The notes beneath the pieces are model-generated. The model worked only from the letters and a program-made list of their open reading frames with translations. It searched no databases and was not told the origin of the DNA. A stretch of DNA of 64,000 nucleotides, from positions 18,906,587 to 18,970,586 of the forward strand of contig CM120648.1 of assembly GCA_051362555.1 (NCBI GenBank), written 5' to 3'. The translations under genes and the position numbers were made by a program. Numbering within the stretch: position 1 is the first letter of the stretch; every line of letters starts with the position of its first letter. Origin of the DNA: Lingula anatina (taxonomy: Eukaryota; Animalia; Brachiopoda). This document shows positions 1 to 13,894 of this stretch, piece by piece.

Positions 1-361
1 CCGATGGCAATCACAGTGCTATCCCCGGGACAAAGTCCAATCCGGAGACCAATCACAACGAGCAAGGCTCACTCAAGACGATCGACACAAATGTCTCTCT
101 AACGAAGCCTAATAAGCACTTCGTGTATCTTTACGTACAGGTAGGCCTAACTATCAGTCGTTACGATGACAAATTGACGATTACTTTGAGATCTCACCTT
201 GTAGAAGGGTGTGACTGGTTGAAAATCCGTTCCCTCCCATACGGTGGATGGAATGTGCTATTGTTCAACTTAGAAGTACCGTCACCGTTTGTTTGCTATC
301 TACCCAAGATCTCCGTAAAGTTCAGAGGTACGTCAATATCGTTGAAAACAGGAAAAGCTGA

Positions 362-499
362 ATCCTGTCGACTGCGCCATTTGTAACTGAGTATCACAAC
401 AAACATCGACTGAATCTCAGAAGAATCAGCTTCTTTATTCCTGTACATACATACACGCCAACGTGACAGTGTGAGTAAAAATAACTCAAGAATACTGTT
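362..499 (-). mobile_element. Gypsy-like 5' LTR end plus primer-binding site, interrupted at 500 by a DNA transposon
   Basis: The minus strand reads AATAAA...CAGTTACA-AA-TGGCGCAGTCGACAGGAT, i.e. an LTR end in CA followed by a TGG-starting PBS at 362-379. A TATA-like ATATAAA lies on the minus strand at about 6537-6543, just after the 500-6523 insertion, consistent with the LTR resuming there. Confidence 0.55.
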
Positions 500-2467
500 C
501 AGTCTGTCCGGAGATTCCGAGCTGCGCGTGCACATTGACTGAAGCGACGGCCATTTCCGCACTACTTTCAGCAAAATCGAGTGAGAATGGACGACTTTTG
601 ATCTCTTCTTGTTTTCATGTGTATTTTTGTCAACTGTTGATGTGATTAAACGATATGTATATAAAAGGAAGCGGGAATGTCTAGGGATTCGGAATTTTAA
701 GGTTAGTTGTCATAAAAAATAGATTTAGAACTGTAAAATGGGAGATTTATCCACGCGGGTGATTGCAAATGGAGCCCCGTTTCAGGTGTCCGCAATTTTC
801 TATTTAAAGATTTCTGTAAGAATTTGAAATCTCACAATTTTTTAAAAACTAAATCATGAAAGCCAATTAAGCTGGGTTTCTGGCAGTATATATGTTTTGT
901 AAATTCAGCTTTGTCCATTTTTTTTAGCGCGAGGTGAAATCGACGCCAAGCACTCGCATTTCTGAAGCGTGTCACACCAGTGCGTTTCAACTATTACAAA
1001 ATTGCTACAATGTTTATTTCACCAGCGTTTTACATATATTCTAAAAGCTAAACAAGTGGGCTTCGTGTTGAAATTAAATATATGTTGCGTTCGGGTCCCA
1101 ACTGGCTGGCAAAGTGTTAATAATCCCGTGAAGTCTGTGTAAAAGTTGCAAAACCGATTATTTCAGGTGCAGTAGGTTACTGTGATTATGTATCGCAGGA
1201 AACGCAAAATATTTTCAAACAATTATATCTTGCAGAAAGACGAGATCATAAACTTTCAAATGCTATATCATAAGGTATGTCTCCTACAATTTTTACCCAT
1301 TTTGTGTGGGGAAATAAGTGAATCTCCAAAACGACGACAAAATGGAACCCCATTTTCGTCATAATTTATAGCGTCACGTGACCAACCTGAAGCACTGACC
1401 CGACTTAGAAAGACTACAAGTTTTCTTAAATATTCTGAATATCAGAGCAAACAGATTACAATGAAAATAAAAATACGAACAAGGACTGTACATCAAACAT
1501 CAGATTTATTCCAAGAGTTATATGCTTCATTCTGAAAACATCAAAAATGGTATAGTTATGATCCACCCCACAAGAAATCCAGTGTGAATTTTGACTAATA
1601 TAGGAAGATATTGCTATATCTAGTAATAAATAAAACACGATTTTTTATTTGGATATATATTTACTGTACAATGAAGTACTGGCCTATGGCCAGGTTGTAC
1701 TTTTTAAAGCCTGAAAGGGTTTTGATAATAAAAAAAAATCATTCAGCACCGGTTTATTCATTATATTAAGATCTGCACTAATGCCTTGTTCTCTTATTTT
1801 ACTGCTCAAGATTTATTTCTATGTACTAGTACTATTTTTGTCTCTTACATATTAAAATATTTAAAATGAGGCCCTTCCAATTATGATTTGAAAAAATCCC
1901 TTATCTACTTAAATTTACATGCAAAATATTAAAATCTGTGTAATAAACACAACTAAGTAAACTTGTGTCCTTAAAACACTGTTCCTGGGAAATGTTCATT
2001 CAGCCTCATGAATATGCACTGAACTTTTTCAAAGTTTGCCTTTTAAATCAAAGCAGTTAACAAGGCTGCAATAAACTATTTGGCAAACTTGATCTGTCTA
2101 TTCTGGGGGCAGGAGAAGCACCTGCCCCATCAAGTCATGAATATTACTTTAGCCAAAACTGACATACAAATAAGATCCTCCCCAGCTGAAAATTCTTAAA
2201 TATAATTTGTAATTAAATAGTCTACATATCAAAGTAAAATGCATTAAAAATGAAAAAAAAAAAAAAAAAACTTCAGTATTGCATACGAGTATGTTTCAAT
2301 ATTTTATTTCCCTAGAATCTTCAATGGTCAGGTCATTTACCTGGATATGACAATCAGAAAACTAAACCAATTTTCAAGTTCAAAATTGTGCTGTTTTCCC
2401 TGCCACCCAGTGGTTGATAGATTCCTTGACTAAATGATCATCAAAACTTGGCCCCTTAAAACTGCCG

Positions 2468-2656
2468 TCAAAAATTTGTTAACTTAAGCATAATATTCCC
2501 CAAACTTGACCTCCAGTCAGATTTGATTCTTTTGAGAGCACTGTATCCTCTCTCCACCTGAGAAGTGGACAAGCTGAACAAGGCAATTTCAGTTAGCATT
2601 ATTGTATGTATTCTAATCTTTGTCTGGTCTCCTAGCCTTGAAACAAATCGGTACAC
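2468..2656 (-). pseudogene. hAT-type (ZNF862/C17orf113-like) transposase C-terminal dimerization fragment
   Basis: EIALFSLSTSQVERGYSALKRIKSDWRSSLG resembles the hAT C-terminal motif (ERxFSxxxRIKxxxRxxL). The second copy also carries FYTVLFDGAVDAGVTEQEMVF (ORF 37750-37992), resembling the first catalytic-Asp block. Fragmentary. Confidence 0.6.
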
Positions 2657-2762
2657 GTCTTTTTTTTTTTAATTCACTATAAACCTGCCACCTATGTACT
2701 CTTTAAAGGCAGGCCACTCTCAATGGAAGTCTTTTGGGTCAAAGCCCATCCTGTTTAATACT

Positions 2763-4443
2763 AAGGGGTCAAAACAGAATTTGGGCAGGACTGGCCAATA
2801 CGGACCAGTGGATCTTAGAGGTACTGGTCCGTACCAAGAAGTACTGGTCCGTAAAATTTTACGTTAAAAATTAGTAGTTTCAAGCTACTAGATATAACGT
2901 AAATGCATACATGTTTAACATCCATTTTTATTTCTATATGATTATCTAAACACATTCATATTCTAGTCAGTTCCTTTAACTGTTTGTACACATCCTCCTC
3001 TGCTAGCTCATCATTATCATAATATATAAAAAATAAAATGGATATATAAAAAATTATTATGAAATAAATATAACTTCTACATATATCCATATTTTAATCT
3101 TAAAAATTTAATTTAATTTTAATTGCTGGGGTTGAACGCGAGACGAAAAAACTTCTCTCAAACTTTACTAGCCCGAACCAAAAAACACTAGCCCAATTTA
3201 AATAATTCATTTAAAAAGTTTAAGCAGATGCTGTAAAGAGTTGTGGTACCATACTGTACTTTCTTATAAACCTTATTATAGAAGTAGAGCAAGTGAATAA
3301 CAAAGTCAATCAGGTTAATTTCCAGTTGATGGGGTGGTAAAATTAATTAAAAACATATTTAATTCTTTTAATATTGAAAAAATTATTTTTTAAAATTTGT
3401 AATACTGAATATAGTTACCCTTACTTTTCATATTTTTATTATATCTTTTTTTCCATTTTTTATATGCAATCAAAATGTTTTTTAAATTCCTATTCTTTTT
3501 ATTGACAATGGCTCTTTTCTGACAATTTATTTCCAATTACATCGGTATATAATGCCACTTCTAATTTAAAATACATAGGTGCTGTAAGGGTAATTAAACA
3601 AACGTCTTACAATTTTTTTTGGTAACAATTCTTTTGGTTATATATTTGTAAAAACAACTTTTCAAGGACTTTACCAGGACAAAGTGTGGAGGGGTAGCCA
3701 TGGCATAAACTGAACTATCCCACATTGTCAAGAATAGTTCATAGGGTATTTATGTAACTGCCATGTATTTACTCATGGACATTAAAATTATAAATAAAAA
3801 ATATAAACAAAAAAGGAAATAGAATACTCCACCCCTCAGTCTGCTAAGTGGTCCTAACCTTAATGTTCTATGAGATAACGCATACATTACACTTGCTTCG
3901 GAGACAGTGTTGTTTTGACAAAGAACCTGTTGCAAGTACCAAAGAATTCCGGTCTGATCCAGTTTCTTGATTGACAGCAATTTGTAGTCATGACAACAAA
4001 CTGGTCAAATTAAAAGATGCCGACACGCTGATCAGACAGACTGCTACTATGAATAACTACAGTGAAGTTATTTATAGCAACTAATCAATATTCAGTAGTT
4101 TGAGCTAGGTGTGAGTTTTTTTCAACTGAGAGGCATATCATACTATCTAGAAACGTCAAATAAGAGGCAGGGACAAAGAAGACTGGCGACTCATATTTTT
4201 GAAATCGTACTGAGTGTTAAAATAGGTTCAAAATTACAGCTAGTGCTTTATAAAATTTCATCTTTTTTACTAGCCCGGTGCCACTATAGGTGGGCAATTG
4301 CCTCGGGCTAGTGCTTAACGTCGCAGACTGTGGGTTTGGCAACGATGTTCGGCACTTTTCAGCGGTCGCCAAAACGACAGGTAGTCGCCCGGGACGTTTC
4401 TAAGTCGCATTGGCGAGTGGGCGACCGTCTGTTTTGACCCCTG
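2763..4443. mobile_element. hAT-like non-autonomous element with 5-bp TSD, nested in copy 1
   Basis: TIR (A/C)AGGGGTCAAAACAGA...TCTGTTTTGACCCCTG, flanked by ATACT on both sides. It is absent from the homologous site in copy 2 (around 37920-37935). Confidence 0.8.
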
Positions 4444-5440
4444 ATACTGGAAGAAAATAATGTTCCAGAACTAGTCTGCTATGAGAAAGGTTTCTAGGGT
4501 AAATAATATCCAAGACTCTACAAAACACCATCTCTTGTTCAGTCACACCTGCATCAACAGCACCATCACACAAAATTGTGTGGAAATAAATTTTCCCTGG
4601 TCTTGACTAGAACACCTCTTCCCTTATTGTCAGCTGATATGAAATTCAGGAATCTGTTAAAAATAATTATAATATAATGATAAAATCATACATGTGGAAA
4701 CAAATTTATACAAAGCAGATAAAAACTGAAATTTAATGAAAAACCTATAGATTAAAAAAAAAAAAAAATCACCTCATTGTCAGTCTCACACCAGTTGTTT
4801 ATCAAAGTACTATATAGTATTAATAATTCCTTGGTCCTACTAGTTATAGGCCAGTTATAAAAAAAATACAGAAGTATTGGCTTTCTTTTTTTTTTTTTTT
4901 TTTTTTTTTTTTTGATAAACACTTAATTACCTTCTAACTGGTATCTTTTCATTTCATGCCATCAAGTCCATTCTCATGCTACAGCTTAGGCAGGGATAGA
5001 CCTGTATGCTGTCAGCATTTCACTAAAACTGAAAAAGCACAATGCATAGGTCATAAAGTATGCTTTGGTCATAAAGTGTGGCTGTGCCTTGACAAACTAT
5101 TTTTTAAAAACTTGTTTAATTTAATTTAAACTTATTTCATTTACTTTTATTTTAATACCAACAATTTCAGATATTAATAGAGAAAAATTGTAAAAAAAAC
5201 ACAATATTTAAACTTATAATGTAAAACAACTTTGGAACCTGCCCTAGAAAGACCTTTAGTACACCTGTAATGCTGATTGCGCAATATGCTAGTTAACAGG
5301 TGTGTATAGACACACACCCCCTATTTTGGAAAATGTCTAGATTCCAACTCCATAAAGGAAATAGAAGGGATAAAGGTACGCAAGTACACATTTAACAAAG
5401 TGCAACTGTAACTTTGCAACAAAATGTAACAATTCACTAT

Positions 5441-5655
5441 GGCTCTGTTCTCACAACTTTTAGATCGATCTATCACCGCGGGGAGTCTCACTAGATTACT
5501 GTCAGATAATCCCCCTTGAGTGTCCGTCCCCGCCTACTACAAGCTGTAAGGGGTAATTAACTTTCGTGTCCGCCCGGCTGACAGCTATTTAGCGTGAACC
5601 CCCAGGGAGTTAGGTCGATCCAATGTAGGTCGATCTAATCTATGAGAATGGGGTG
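5441..5655 (+). mobile_element. PIF/Harbinger-like MITE (copy A)
   Basis: About 215 bp flanked by TAT/TAT. Reverse-complement copy at 19604-19817. Absent from the equivalent position of the 33.5-40.2 kb copy. Confidence 0.7.
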
Positions 5656-6731
5656 TATGACTGAACGTCAACAAGTGCATTTGAACTATGCGAAGGGAGG
5701 TTACTCCAAAATCATTTCTATATATTTCGGCGCTTCTATGAGACTTAGTGAATGCAAAAAAGACTCACCTTTTAGTCTGCAAACCCAAAGCTATGTAACT
5801 TGAAAGGCAAACGGCAAAATTTTCCAGTCCGAAACCATGTTATGGCAGCGATATGGTCTATCTGCAGCACCGATGTCGTTTCTTCATGTATTGTTTTCCA
5901 TAACAGCTCTCACTATGACAGTGACACACTGTATACTATAAATATACACTTGAAAAGCTGAACATTCCATATTTTCAACCGAAATGCAAGATTTACCGAG
6001 AAAAACGCTCTCGAGTCACTTGCTCAGTGCAACGTGACAGTCCCAATTTCGACTGACCTACATAATTCGCACTAAAATAGAGATTTTACAAAGAAGGAAG
6101 GTCTCACAAAAAAATTATTCTTCGTGGTGTAATTTAAGCATATATAGTTTCATAAATCATTATAAAATCAAAAAATTAGGTTTGTCCATTTTTTCTGCAA
6201 TCATTTCATTTTTGGGTAAAAAATTCCAAGGTCAGCTTGGGAAAAACGCGTGTGCTATTTTTAGACAGCTGATACAAATTTTTCCACGGAAATGAAATGT
6301 TAATTTTACATTGTGCGTTTACATCAAGTTCTAAATTTTATTTTTTGAAAGTTTCAAGCAGAATAATGGGCTATTCACAGAGTTTCATGGATTTTCATAA
6401 CAGATATGGATTTTGCAAAATATGGCGCGAAACACACGTCGCGGACTATTTTGTGCAAGCGCGTAGGATTTTTTGTAATAATCACCGCTTACGCATTGAT
6501 ATGCCAGATCTCCGGACAGACTGGTTGAGCGGGTAATTTATATTTCCCGCTCACGTGACTAACAAAGCTCACGTGACCGCCAAAAGGGCGGTGTTGTAGA
6601 TAAAGTAATAAAACTTGCTGGTTCAATTTTTTTTATTATTATTGTACAGTTTTACATTTATTCGTACTAATGCTGAACAGAAAACTGGCAACAGATCTCA
6701 CAAAATCAAGAAAGAATCCCGTTCAGACCTG

Positions 6732-8594
6732 GGCCGGCTTTCACGAAACGTTTCGCAGGTTGCGCATTCGCTATGGTTTGCGCAATTGCGCTAATTTTTT
6801 TTGCGTAGCTTTCTCGAAACAATTCGCAATTTTTTTCGCTGTTAGCGCACGACGTCGTGCCCGGAAGTAAATATTGTAATCTCGAAACACTGCTCTTCGG
6901 GCCGCGGAGGCAAGAAATATGACAACAAATGCTCGTGCTCTGGATGTATAGAACGCAGTTTGTAGGCCTACAAAAATGATTAAAGTATCATTTTGATAAG
7001 ATTTTTTTTTGGGGGGGGGAGGAGGTGCTAACATTATTTTGAGATAGTCACTTTCAACATTTGAGAGAAAAGTATTTTTTACAAAGTCGTTTCATCATTT
7101 TGCTTGTCGAGTCTTATCGTTTTGAGATACCGATATACTCTTTATAGAAACCAACATAAAATATATTAAAAAATATTTCAAAAATGCATAAAAAGTAAAG
7201 GAGTCTTATTAAGCATAAAAAGTAGTGATGGTTGACGTGAATGCATATGTCATCTAAATTCACCTGGGGCTGGCAAATGGCCGTCCCGCAACCGCCTGAT
7301 ATGAGAGTCTCCATAGAGGAGAATAATCGGTCCACTTGCTTTCCAGACATGGTTAGAGTGATGGATACACTTGCACTTGCTTTTATTCGGACACTTGGGT
7401 TGCAAACATTATAATAATCCCATTATCTTTGATCTTATGAACACCTGTCCCCATCTTTTCATTTAAATACTGATATTGTTATTACTAATATCTTTCTTTC
7501 ATCAAGATAACACTGCCATATAAGAGCACTGCTACTGTATTTAATCAAATTCCAACACTACATTTGGATCTATAAATAACATAAGTGATGCTAGAGTTAT
7601 TAAATAAAACATCTTGCAAAATTTCTGGTTATATTTTGGCTAATAAACAACATTTCAACAAGATATTTACTCCCATCCCAAAGTTTTCTCATATTAGAAA
7701 ATTAACCAGGTTTTGACAGAAAAGTTATAACACCGACTAATGCTATTGGTATGCATAGTCGGGCGTGAATTGTCAATAAACAATTGTTTTATTATTTTTA
7801 CATCTGATTTTTCTGTATGCTTATGGCCGTCCTTCATTCAATTATTCTAAAAACGGAGTAGGGTAAAACCATGGATTTTTATAGACAAAAATGACTGATA
7901 GTTATATAAACTTTATTTATTGAAATAACCGCATTCAGTGCTGAGTCCGTTCTCCGCACGCTCGACTGTATCGTTGAACGCTTGTTGAATCTAAAGGCAA
8001 CCTGGCTATATCGATGTTTACTGTATACTTATGAACGTTTTTTTTTTTCTTCCTTTTTTTCATTTTGGAAGACTAGTATACAGTAGTAAACATCGTTTTA
8101 CGTGGTTTTCAATGCAACAAATGAGACAATCGATCGAGTCTGGTTCACCGTCTTGAAAACGTCTACAGACCCGCGTTCATTACGTAGTTTTTTCCAATAA
8201 AGCACCATCGTTACATTTCTAACTATTATCTGATTTTACACTTCTTTCATATGGGACAACGCTTGTGGACGGTATTTATAGCTTGTGGACTGTTGTGTGG
8301 ACGGTAATATTAGTGCTTGTGGACGGTAGTGGTCGGTTGTAGACAGTAATTAGGTACACCGGGTACATGTAAATTCGCCTATTTTCGTTTAGAACGACAA
8401 GAAAAGCTACGCGAACGCCAAAGTACGCTTGCGAAAAGTCTTAGCGACAGGGTCCGACCTGTACCAAATATCTTGCGCAAATAGCGCAATATTTTGCGCA
8501 AAATTACATTGCGAAACGTTCGTGAAAGGGTCTGTTCGCAAAAAGGGACTTTGCGCAATTGCGCAAACTGCGAAACGTTTCGTGAAAGCCGGCC
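6732..8594. mobile_element. Harbinger-like non-autonomous DNA transposon
   Basis: TIR GGCCGGCTTTCACGAAACGTTTCGCAG at both ends, 3-bp TSD CTG, and subterminal TTGCGCAA-rich repeats. Confidence 0.8.
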
Positions 8595-8749
8595 CTGGGA
8601 GATGGATCCTTTTCGCCCATATCCCCTCCTATAGGCACGTCCAGCGGGCCAAAGAAAGTTTGCGGGCCAAAGAAAGTTTGCGGAGAATCCTCAAGATAAT
8701 GGAAACTGCTCTCCAATATCTGACGTCATTGTACAATTTAAAAGTATAA

Positions 8750-11350
8750 TTGAATATCAATTCATATTGGATATAACCATTTAATCCAGGAAAACTATCC
8801 CTGAACTAGCTCGCCTTTGTTTTAAATAATAATTAACACCAAACAGTGCTAACATGATGAGGAAAAATAACAACTAAATCAAAGAAAACCCGTCCTATCC
8901 ATTCAATCATGGCTGGCTACTCAAGACAACAGTAAAAATAAACATAATCTACCCAGTTCCAACAGAACACCCGTTCTGTTACCTAACCCTTCCTTGGGCA
9001 GGCCTCAACATAAAATCCCTGGTCTCAAATACCAGTTTCACCACTCCAACCCGGAGCGTGGTATCCTTAAAATAAAATGTCCGGTCTGACTTTCCACGTC
9101 GCAACCAAGGACGCGTAGCTTTCCCACTAGCTCACTTACTAGCTCATTCGTTTTCAGTTTACTAGGGCCTGACTGTACATTGAGCTGAGCGCGGCTGCTT
9201 TTCGTAAGTCTTACTGCCCTCTGCGACCCAACCGGCCGGTGACCCAGTCGATAGCGATCACTCAATCCCGTAGAGCTAACCAGGCTCCCAGGGAGCAACC
9301 GACGGTCTTATCCCGGGCCCAATGCCATGGGTTATCGGAACTTTGACCGTTTTCACCAGCCTTGCCTGTTCGCCACCGTGTCGGAACCACATCAACATCG
9401 TCTGGCTATAGCTAGGTGAGGACTGTCGTCCCCGTACCACTCAGTGAACTCGTTAACACTGAGCCGACTAGACGGTACCACAGTATCCTGTTAATTCAGG
9501 ATTCGAGACACAGTGGGCCTTCTGTCTCTCTCCCACAGCACTATAGATCGTTTTTATGTGCCCCTGGAGCCTTGCGACTCCACTGCCGCCTGTTAAATAC
9601 AGCCTCGGGGAGCTTATCCCCCTCGCTATCTGTCGATCCAAATTTTTTGACAAGCAGTCCTGATTGCGGCTTGAAACTTTCAGACCTTCCATTCACTCCA
9701 TTCTAGGAGTAAGATACCTTTTTAAATAAATAATTAAATATCTGGTGTTACTTGCATTTATCCATCTGCGGACCTAAATTGACAAGCAGCCCTAATACTC
9801 CTAGAAGCTAACCAGACCTTCCACTCAGAACTTAGAGCAGGGTAACCTTTTAAACAAAATAAAATACTGGGTTTCCATCCTCACCTCGAGGTAATATAAA
9901 CTGACCTGTTTCCATTCACCACGCCATATGAATCTTTTTTTTTTATGAGCCCTCAAGATATTTATTTAACCGTCAATTACTTCCATAATTAAAAGTCCTA
10001 AAGTAGGGGCCTACGCTTGTCGCGTGTTTGTCTGTCTGTGTGTCTATTTATAGTTTCTGTCTGGCTACGCGCGTGTCTTGTCCCGACCGGTTTTGTCCGG
10101 TTTATTTCACCGTTTTTTTTTTTTTTTCAATATCTCCGACGCATCTCTACCTTTGATGTTACCTGTGCATTCAAATGTGCCCTTTGTTGAATAATTTACT
10201 GCCACGCATTTGTTTTTACCTAAAAATCACCATATTCCGACGTTATCTCCGGCCATTAACTCGTTACCTCCGATCTTTATCTCGATCGGCGCAAATTTTG
10301 AACACCTGAATTTCGTTATCTAGCCCTCTGCCTTTGTCAGCACTTGCTTGACTTCACCGGCAATTGTAATTGATAATTTGTTCACTCTTAAAGTCACATT
10401 TCGTTATTTACATAATATACCTTGAATACGCACGCTATAACTAAAACAATTAACGTAAACGAATACCACACGCAAAGGAACCTATTCTACAACGCAGGAA
10501 TCTTCCTTATCGCTAAATATCCATATGATCGACAAAGCAACAATAACCCGAACACATGATATCTTACAACAACAGTAACACGAAAACACGACATAATACA
10601 CCAACGTCGCAAAACTCGTCGTTCTCATTTACGCGGATCGACGATCTCCTTCCTATACCAAAAATTATATTAACCTGCCCGTTCCTACCACGTATCAATT
10701 GTGCGAAGATTTTTACCGACAAATACGTTTTCCGTGCACTTACGATCTCTAGTTTCTTTTGAAAACTATTTAACCTGTCCATATGCTTAACACGTACTTT
10801 TAATACGCGACCCAACATCGAAAATGTTTGAGATTCCCGAATAAAATCGACTATATAAACTACAGAAAAGCCATAAAGTCCCTCTCTACCGACCATGAAA
10901 ATTTACCTTAAATAAGCAAGACTTTGAAACCAAAAATTGCACTCTGACGATCATAAAACAATTTACGTTAAATAATCAAATCTCTCCTATTTTTCACCGA
11001 ATTTGAAAACTTAATTAACCCTAACGTGATACCGCGGCAAGAAACGAACGAAAAGCCGCCGAATACTTAACCTCAAAATTTATACAGAATTTAGCAATTT
11101 ACCAAATATTAGTTCTGACAATATAAATAACATTCATACTTACCCCAACCGGTCCGGTGATACTGCCGGCCAGCCGATCTTCGTCGTGCGAAGTTTTACC
11201 TTTTCTCCTACACTTACCTTTCCTTCTGGCCATTTTGTGTTTGAATGGAAACCTTCTTTGGGCGCATTTTAACGTAAACTGGCGAGGGTCGCCAAATATG
11301 TAATGAATTGCAATTAAGCGAGAATCCCCTTGGAGATAGTTCAATCCAAA
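8750..11350 (-). mobile_element. Probable decayed Gypsy 5' internal region with LTR end and PBS
   Basis: The minus strand reads ...TTCATTACA-TATT-TGGCGACC at about 11290-11307. The LTR end TGTAATGAA matches the end of the solo LTR at 23068. No intact gag or pol motif recognised; the left boundary is approximate. Confidence 0.35.
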
Positions 11351-12272
11351 GTTAGTACGAGAGGGTCTGGGAATGGTCTCTTATACTTGTGGACAAGCTG
11401 GATGATTATGCTGTAGCAATTTCATTTTACTTGTATTTTTATATTCATGCTATCATTACTGTCGAGTAAAATAAAGTAAAGATGTTTTAGATGATCAAAA
11501 TCTTAAGGGAAAACAGAAGCTTTTTTTTTCAACATTATTCAAGGTTGTCTACTAAATGTGATGATGGTATTGACTTTTGTCTTTTGCTAATATGCGTGGT
11601 AGCATATACGACTCAGTTATAGTCGTTCTTATTATTCATTAACTACTTTCCAGTTGTTACCAGTGCCGCTTCCTGCATTTCTATTTCTACCTCATGCAAT
11701 CTCTAGCAGCCTTCACTCCGTTTACATTACATTAAAAATACCATAAGAGCATGTCAATCAACTGAAGTCACTCTACAAAACACTCCCCACTCCTGCATAA
11801 GTCATTCTAATAGATCGAGGGACTTGTTAACAAAAGCGGCCATCACAATACCATTTGAATATTAAACTTGTGTTTGTCTTTAATTGTTGCTGTTCAATTC
11901 AACCAGTCGAGGGACGACGCGCGGGGAGGCGTGTGAGAGGCGGAGAGACCGTTAATGGATTAAGCAGTCTTCTTTTCATGTAGGACCGCCATATTTAGGT
12001 CGCGGCCTTAATAGACCTCGGCTCTTCTCGATGTGAATGCTCCCATAAATTGTTGCTTTTAGTGTGCATTAGGAGACATAAAGGACACATACGTCATCAA
12101 AGGGATTTAATCTCGGCTCCGATGTTTAATTGCAAGGCCCCTGCAGCGGCGGCGCATGTGGAGGCGGGGAGACCATCGAGAATCAGCGGCAGCTCTTGTG
12201 AAGTGTGGTCGGCCATATTTAGTAGGCGGATCAGTTAGTACTCGGATCATCTATTCTAAAATGGAGCCTTAA

Positions 12273-13395
12273 CCCCATAGAGCCCGTCACCGCATATGTG
12301 CGGTTCAATTATCGCTTACCCCAAACGCCCAAAACCGCATATGTGCGTATCTTGGAAAGATCGTCTTCTGTACTCTTTTGTATCGTGAGTCATAAAATGA
12401 TATATAGTTTAACATCCGGGTATGTTTCTTGTCTCTCATTGCCACCATTTTTAAAGGCGATAGAAATATATATGAGCGAGAAAACGGCGATTTTCAAGAC
12501 TTAGGTGGAGAAAGTAAAATCAAGATGGCGGCTCCTCGCTACGGTAGGGACCTGCGAAGGGATACTGTTATTGAAATGATTGAAAACCCGGACTTTGATG
12601 AGAAGTTTTCGTGTGACAGTGACATAGACAGTGACGATGATATTCATTTATTTATGATGTAAAGGACGATAGAAATATATATGAGCGAGAAATCGGCTAT
12701 TTCCTAGACTTAGCTGAAGAAAGTAAAATCAAAATGGCGACTTCTCACTACGGAAGAGGCCTGCGAATGGATACTGTTATTGAAATGATTGAAAACTACG
12801 ACACTGATCAGGTGTTTTCGAGTGACAATGATATAGACAGAGGGGAAGATATCCCTTTATTCATGATAAAAGTTTTAAAGATGTTTTTGCCATAGATGGT
12901 GTTAAAAATTGACTTCTATTCAGCTCTGGCCACGATGTTCAGGTGAGCTGAAAAGCTGGCTCAAGTATAGGTATACCTGGTAGCAAAACGAGCATAACTT
13001 AGAAATTAATGGAGATAACTTGCTGAAATTTCCTGGATTGAAAGTTTCTATAATTGACATCATCTCTGTGAATTTTCAGGCAAATTTATGGAGAAATAAA
13101 AAATTGATGTGCATAAGATAAATCAACTTTGTTTTATTTCACCCATTATCAAATGAAAATGTAGTTTTTAACCGGTCATAATTCTTTGTACAGCACGTTG
13201 AATTTAAATGTAATTCTATTTTTATTTAGCTTGAAATGTTGGCTTTTTAAAAATGTGTACTTTGTATGGGTAATAAAGGCAAACAAATAAATTATGGCCA
13301 ATTTACTGAAGTGACCTGGCTTTTCAAGGCTAGCTCACAGAATTAATTGGGCACAGCAGAACTTTATGGGTCAGCATTAACTGGGTCCTATGGGG
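12273..13395 (+). mobile_element. piggyBac-like non-autonomous element
   Basis: TTAA TSD on both sides; TIR CCCCATAGAGCCC...GGGTCCTATGGGG. Internal ~210-bp tandem duplication (about 12455-12870) encodes an acidic stretch (MAAPRYGR...FSCDSDIDSDDD) typical of piggyBac transposase N-termini. Confidence 0.8.
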
Positions 13396-13894
13396 TTAAT
13401 CTGTGTTTGTTATTCAACTTCTATTGAAGTGTCTAGACTCATATTTTGTTACTTACATCATAAGATACAATGGCGGATTAAGAATAAGTGATCGATTTGA
13501 CAACAAATTATTACTGGTCAGTATCTTAAAATATTCCTTTCTCTTCAAATTTTGCTTTAGAATATTAAAGTTTACTATTTAGATTGATTTAGATTCTTTG
13601 GAATGGTGCCTGATGACATCGGTATTATAGTTTCACAAGTTTATTCCTTTCTATTCACTTTTAAAGTCTTTAAAATGATGTTCAGGCGGGGATGGTCATA
13701 GTTCTCTATCCTTTACTAGCTACGCCACAGATCAAACTTCAATGGAGTCAATAGCTAATCCGGCATGGCAGCATGCATGCATGTCGTACTACCCTTTCAA
13801 CAAAAGCAAGAAGTGTTTTTTTTTCAATAGTCACGTTGCCACTATTGCTTAATCCAAACATGCTCTTGCTTTTTTTCATACCCATCCCCCTTCG

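Larger units (their letters stand above)
500..6523. mobile_element. Non-autonomous TIR DNA transposon, copy 1 (CAG termini, 3-bp TSD; Academ-like ends by inference)
   Basis: Perfect 16-bp TIR CAGTCTGTCCGGAGAT at 500 and ATCTCCGGACAGACTG ending 6523, flanked by GTT on both sides. A homologous inverted copy lies at 33522-40222; several ORF-track peptides are near-identical between the two copies. Confidence 0.85.
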
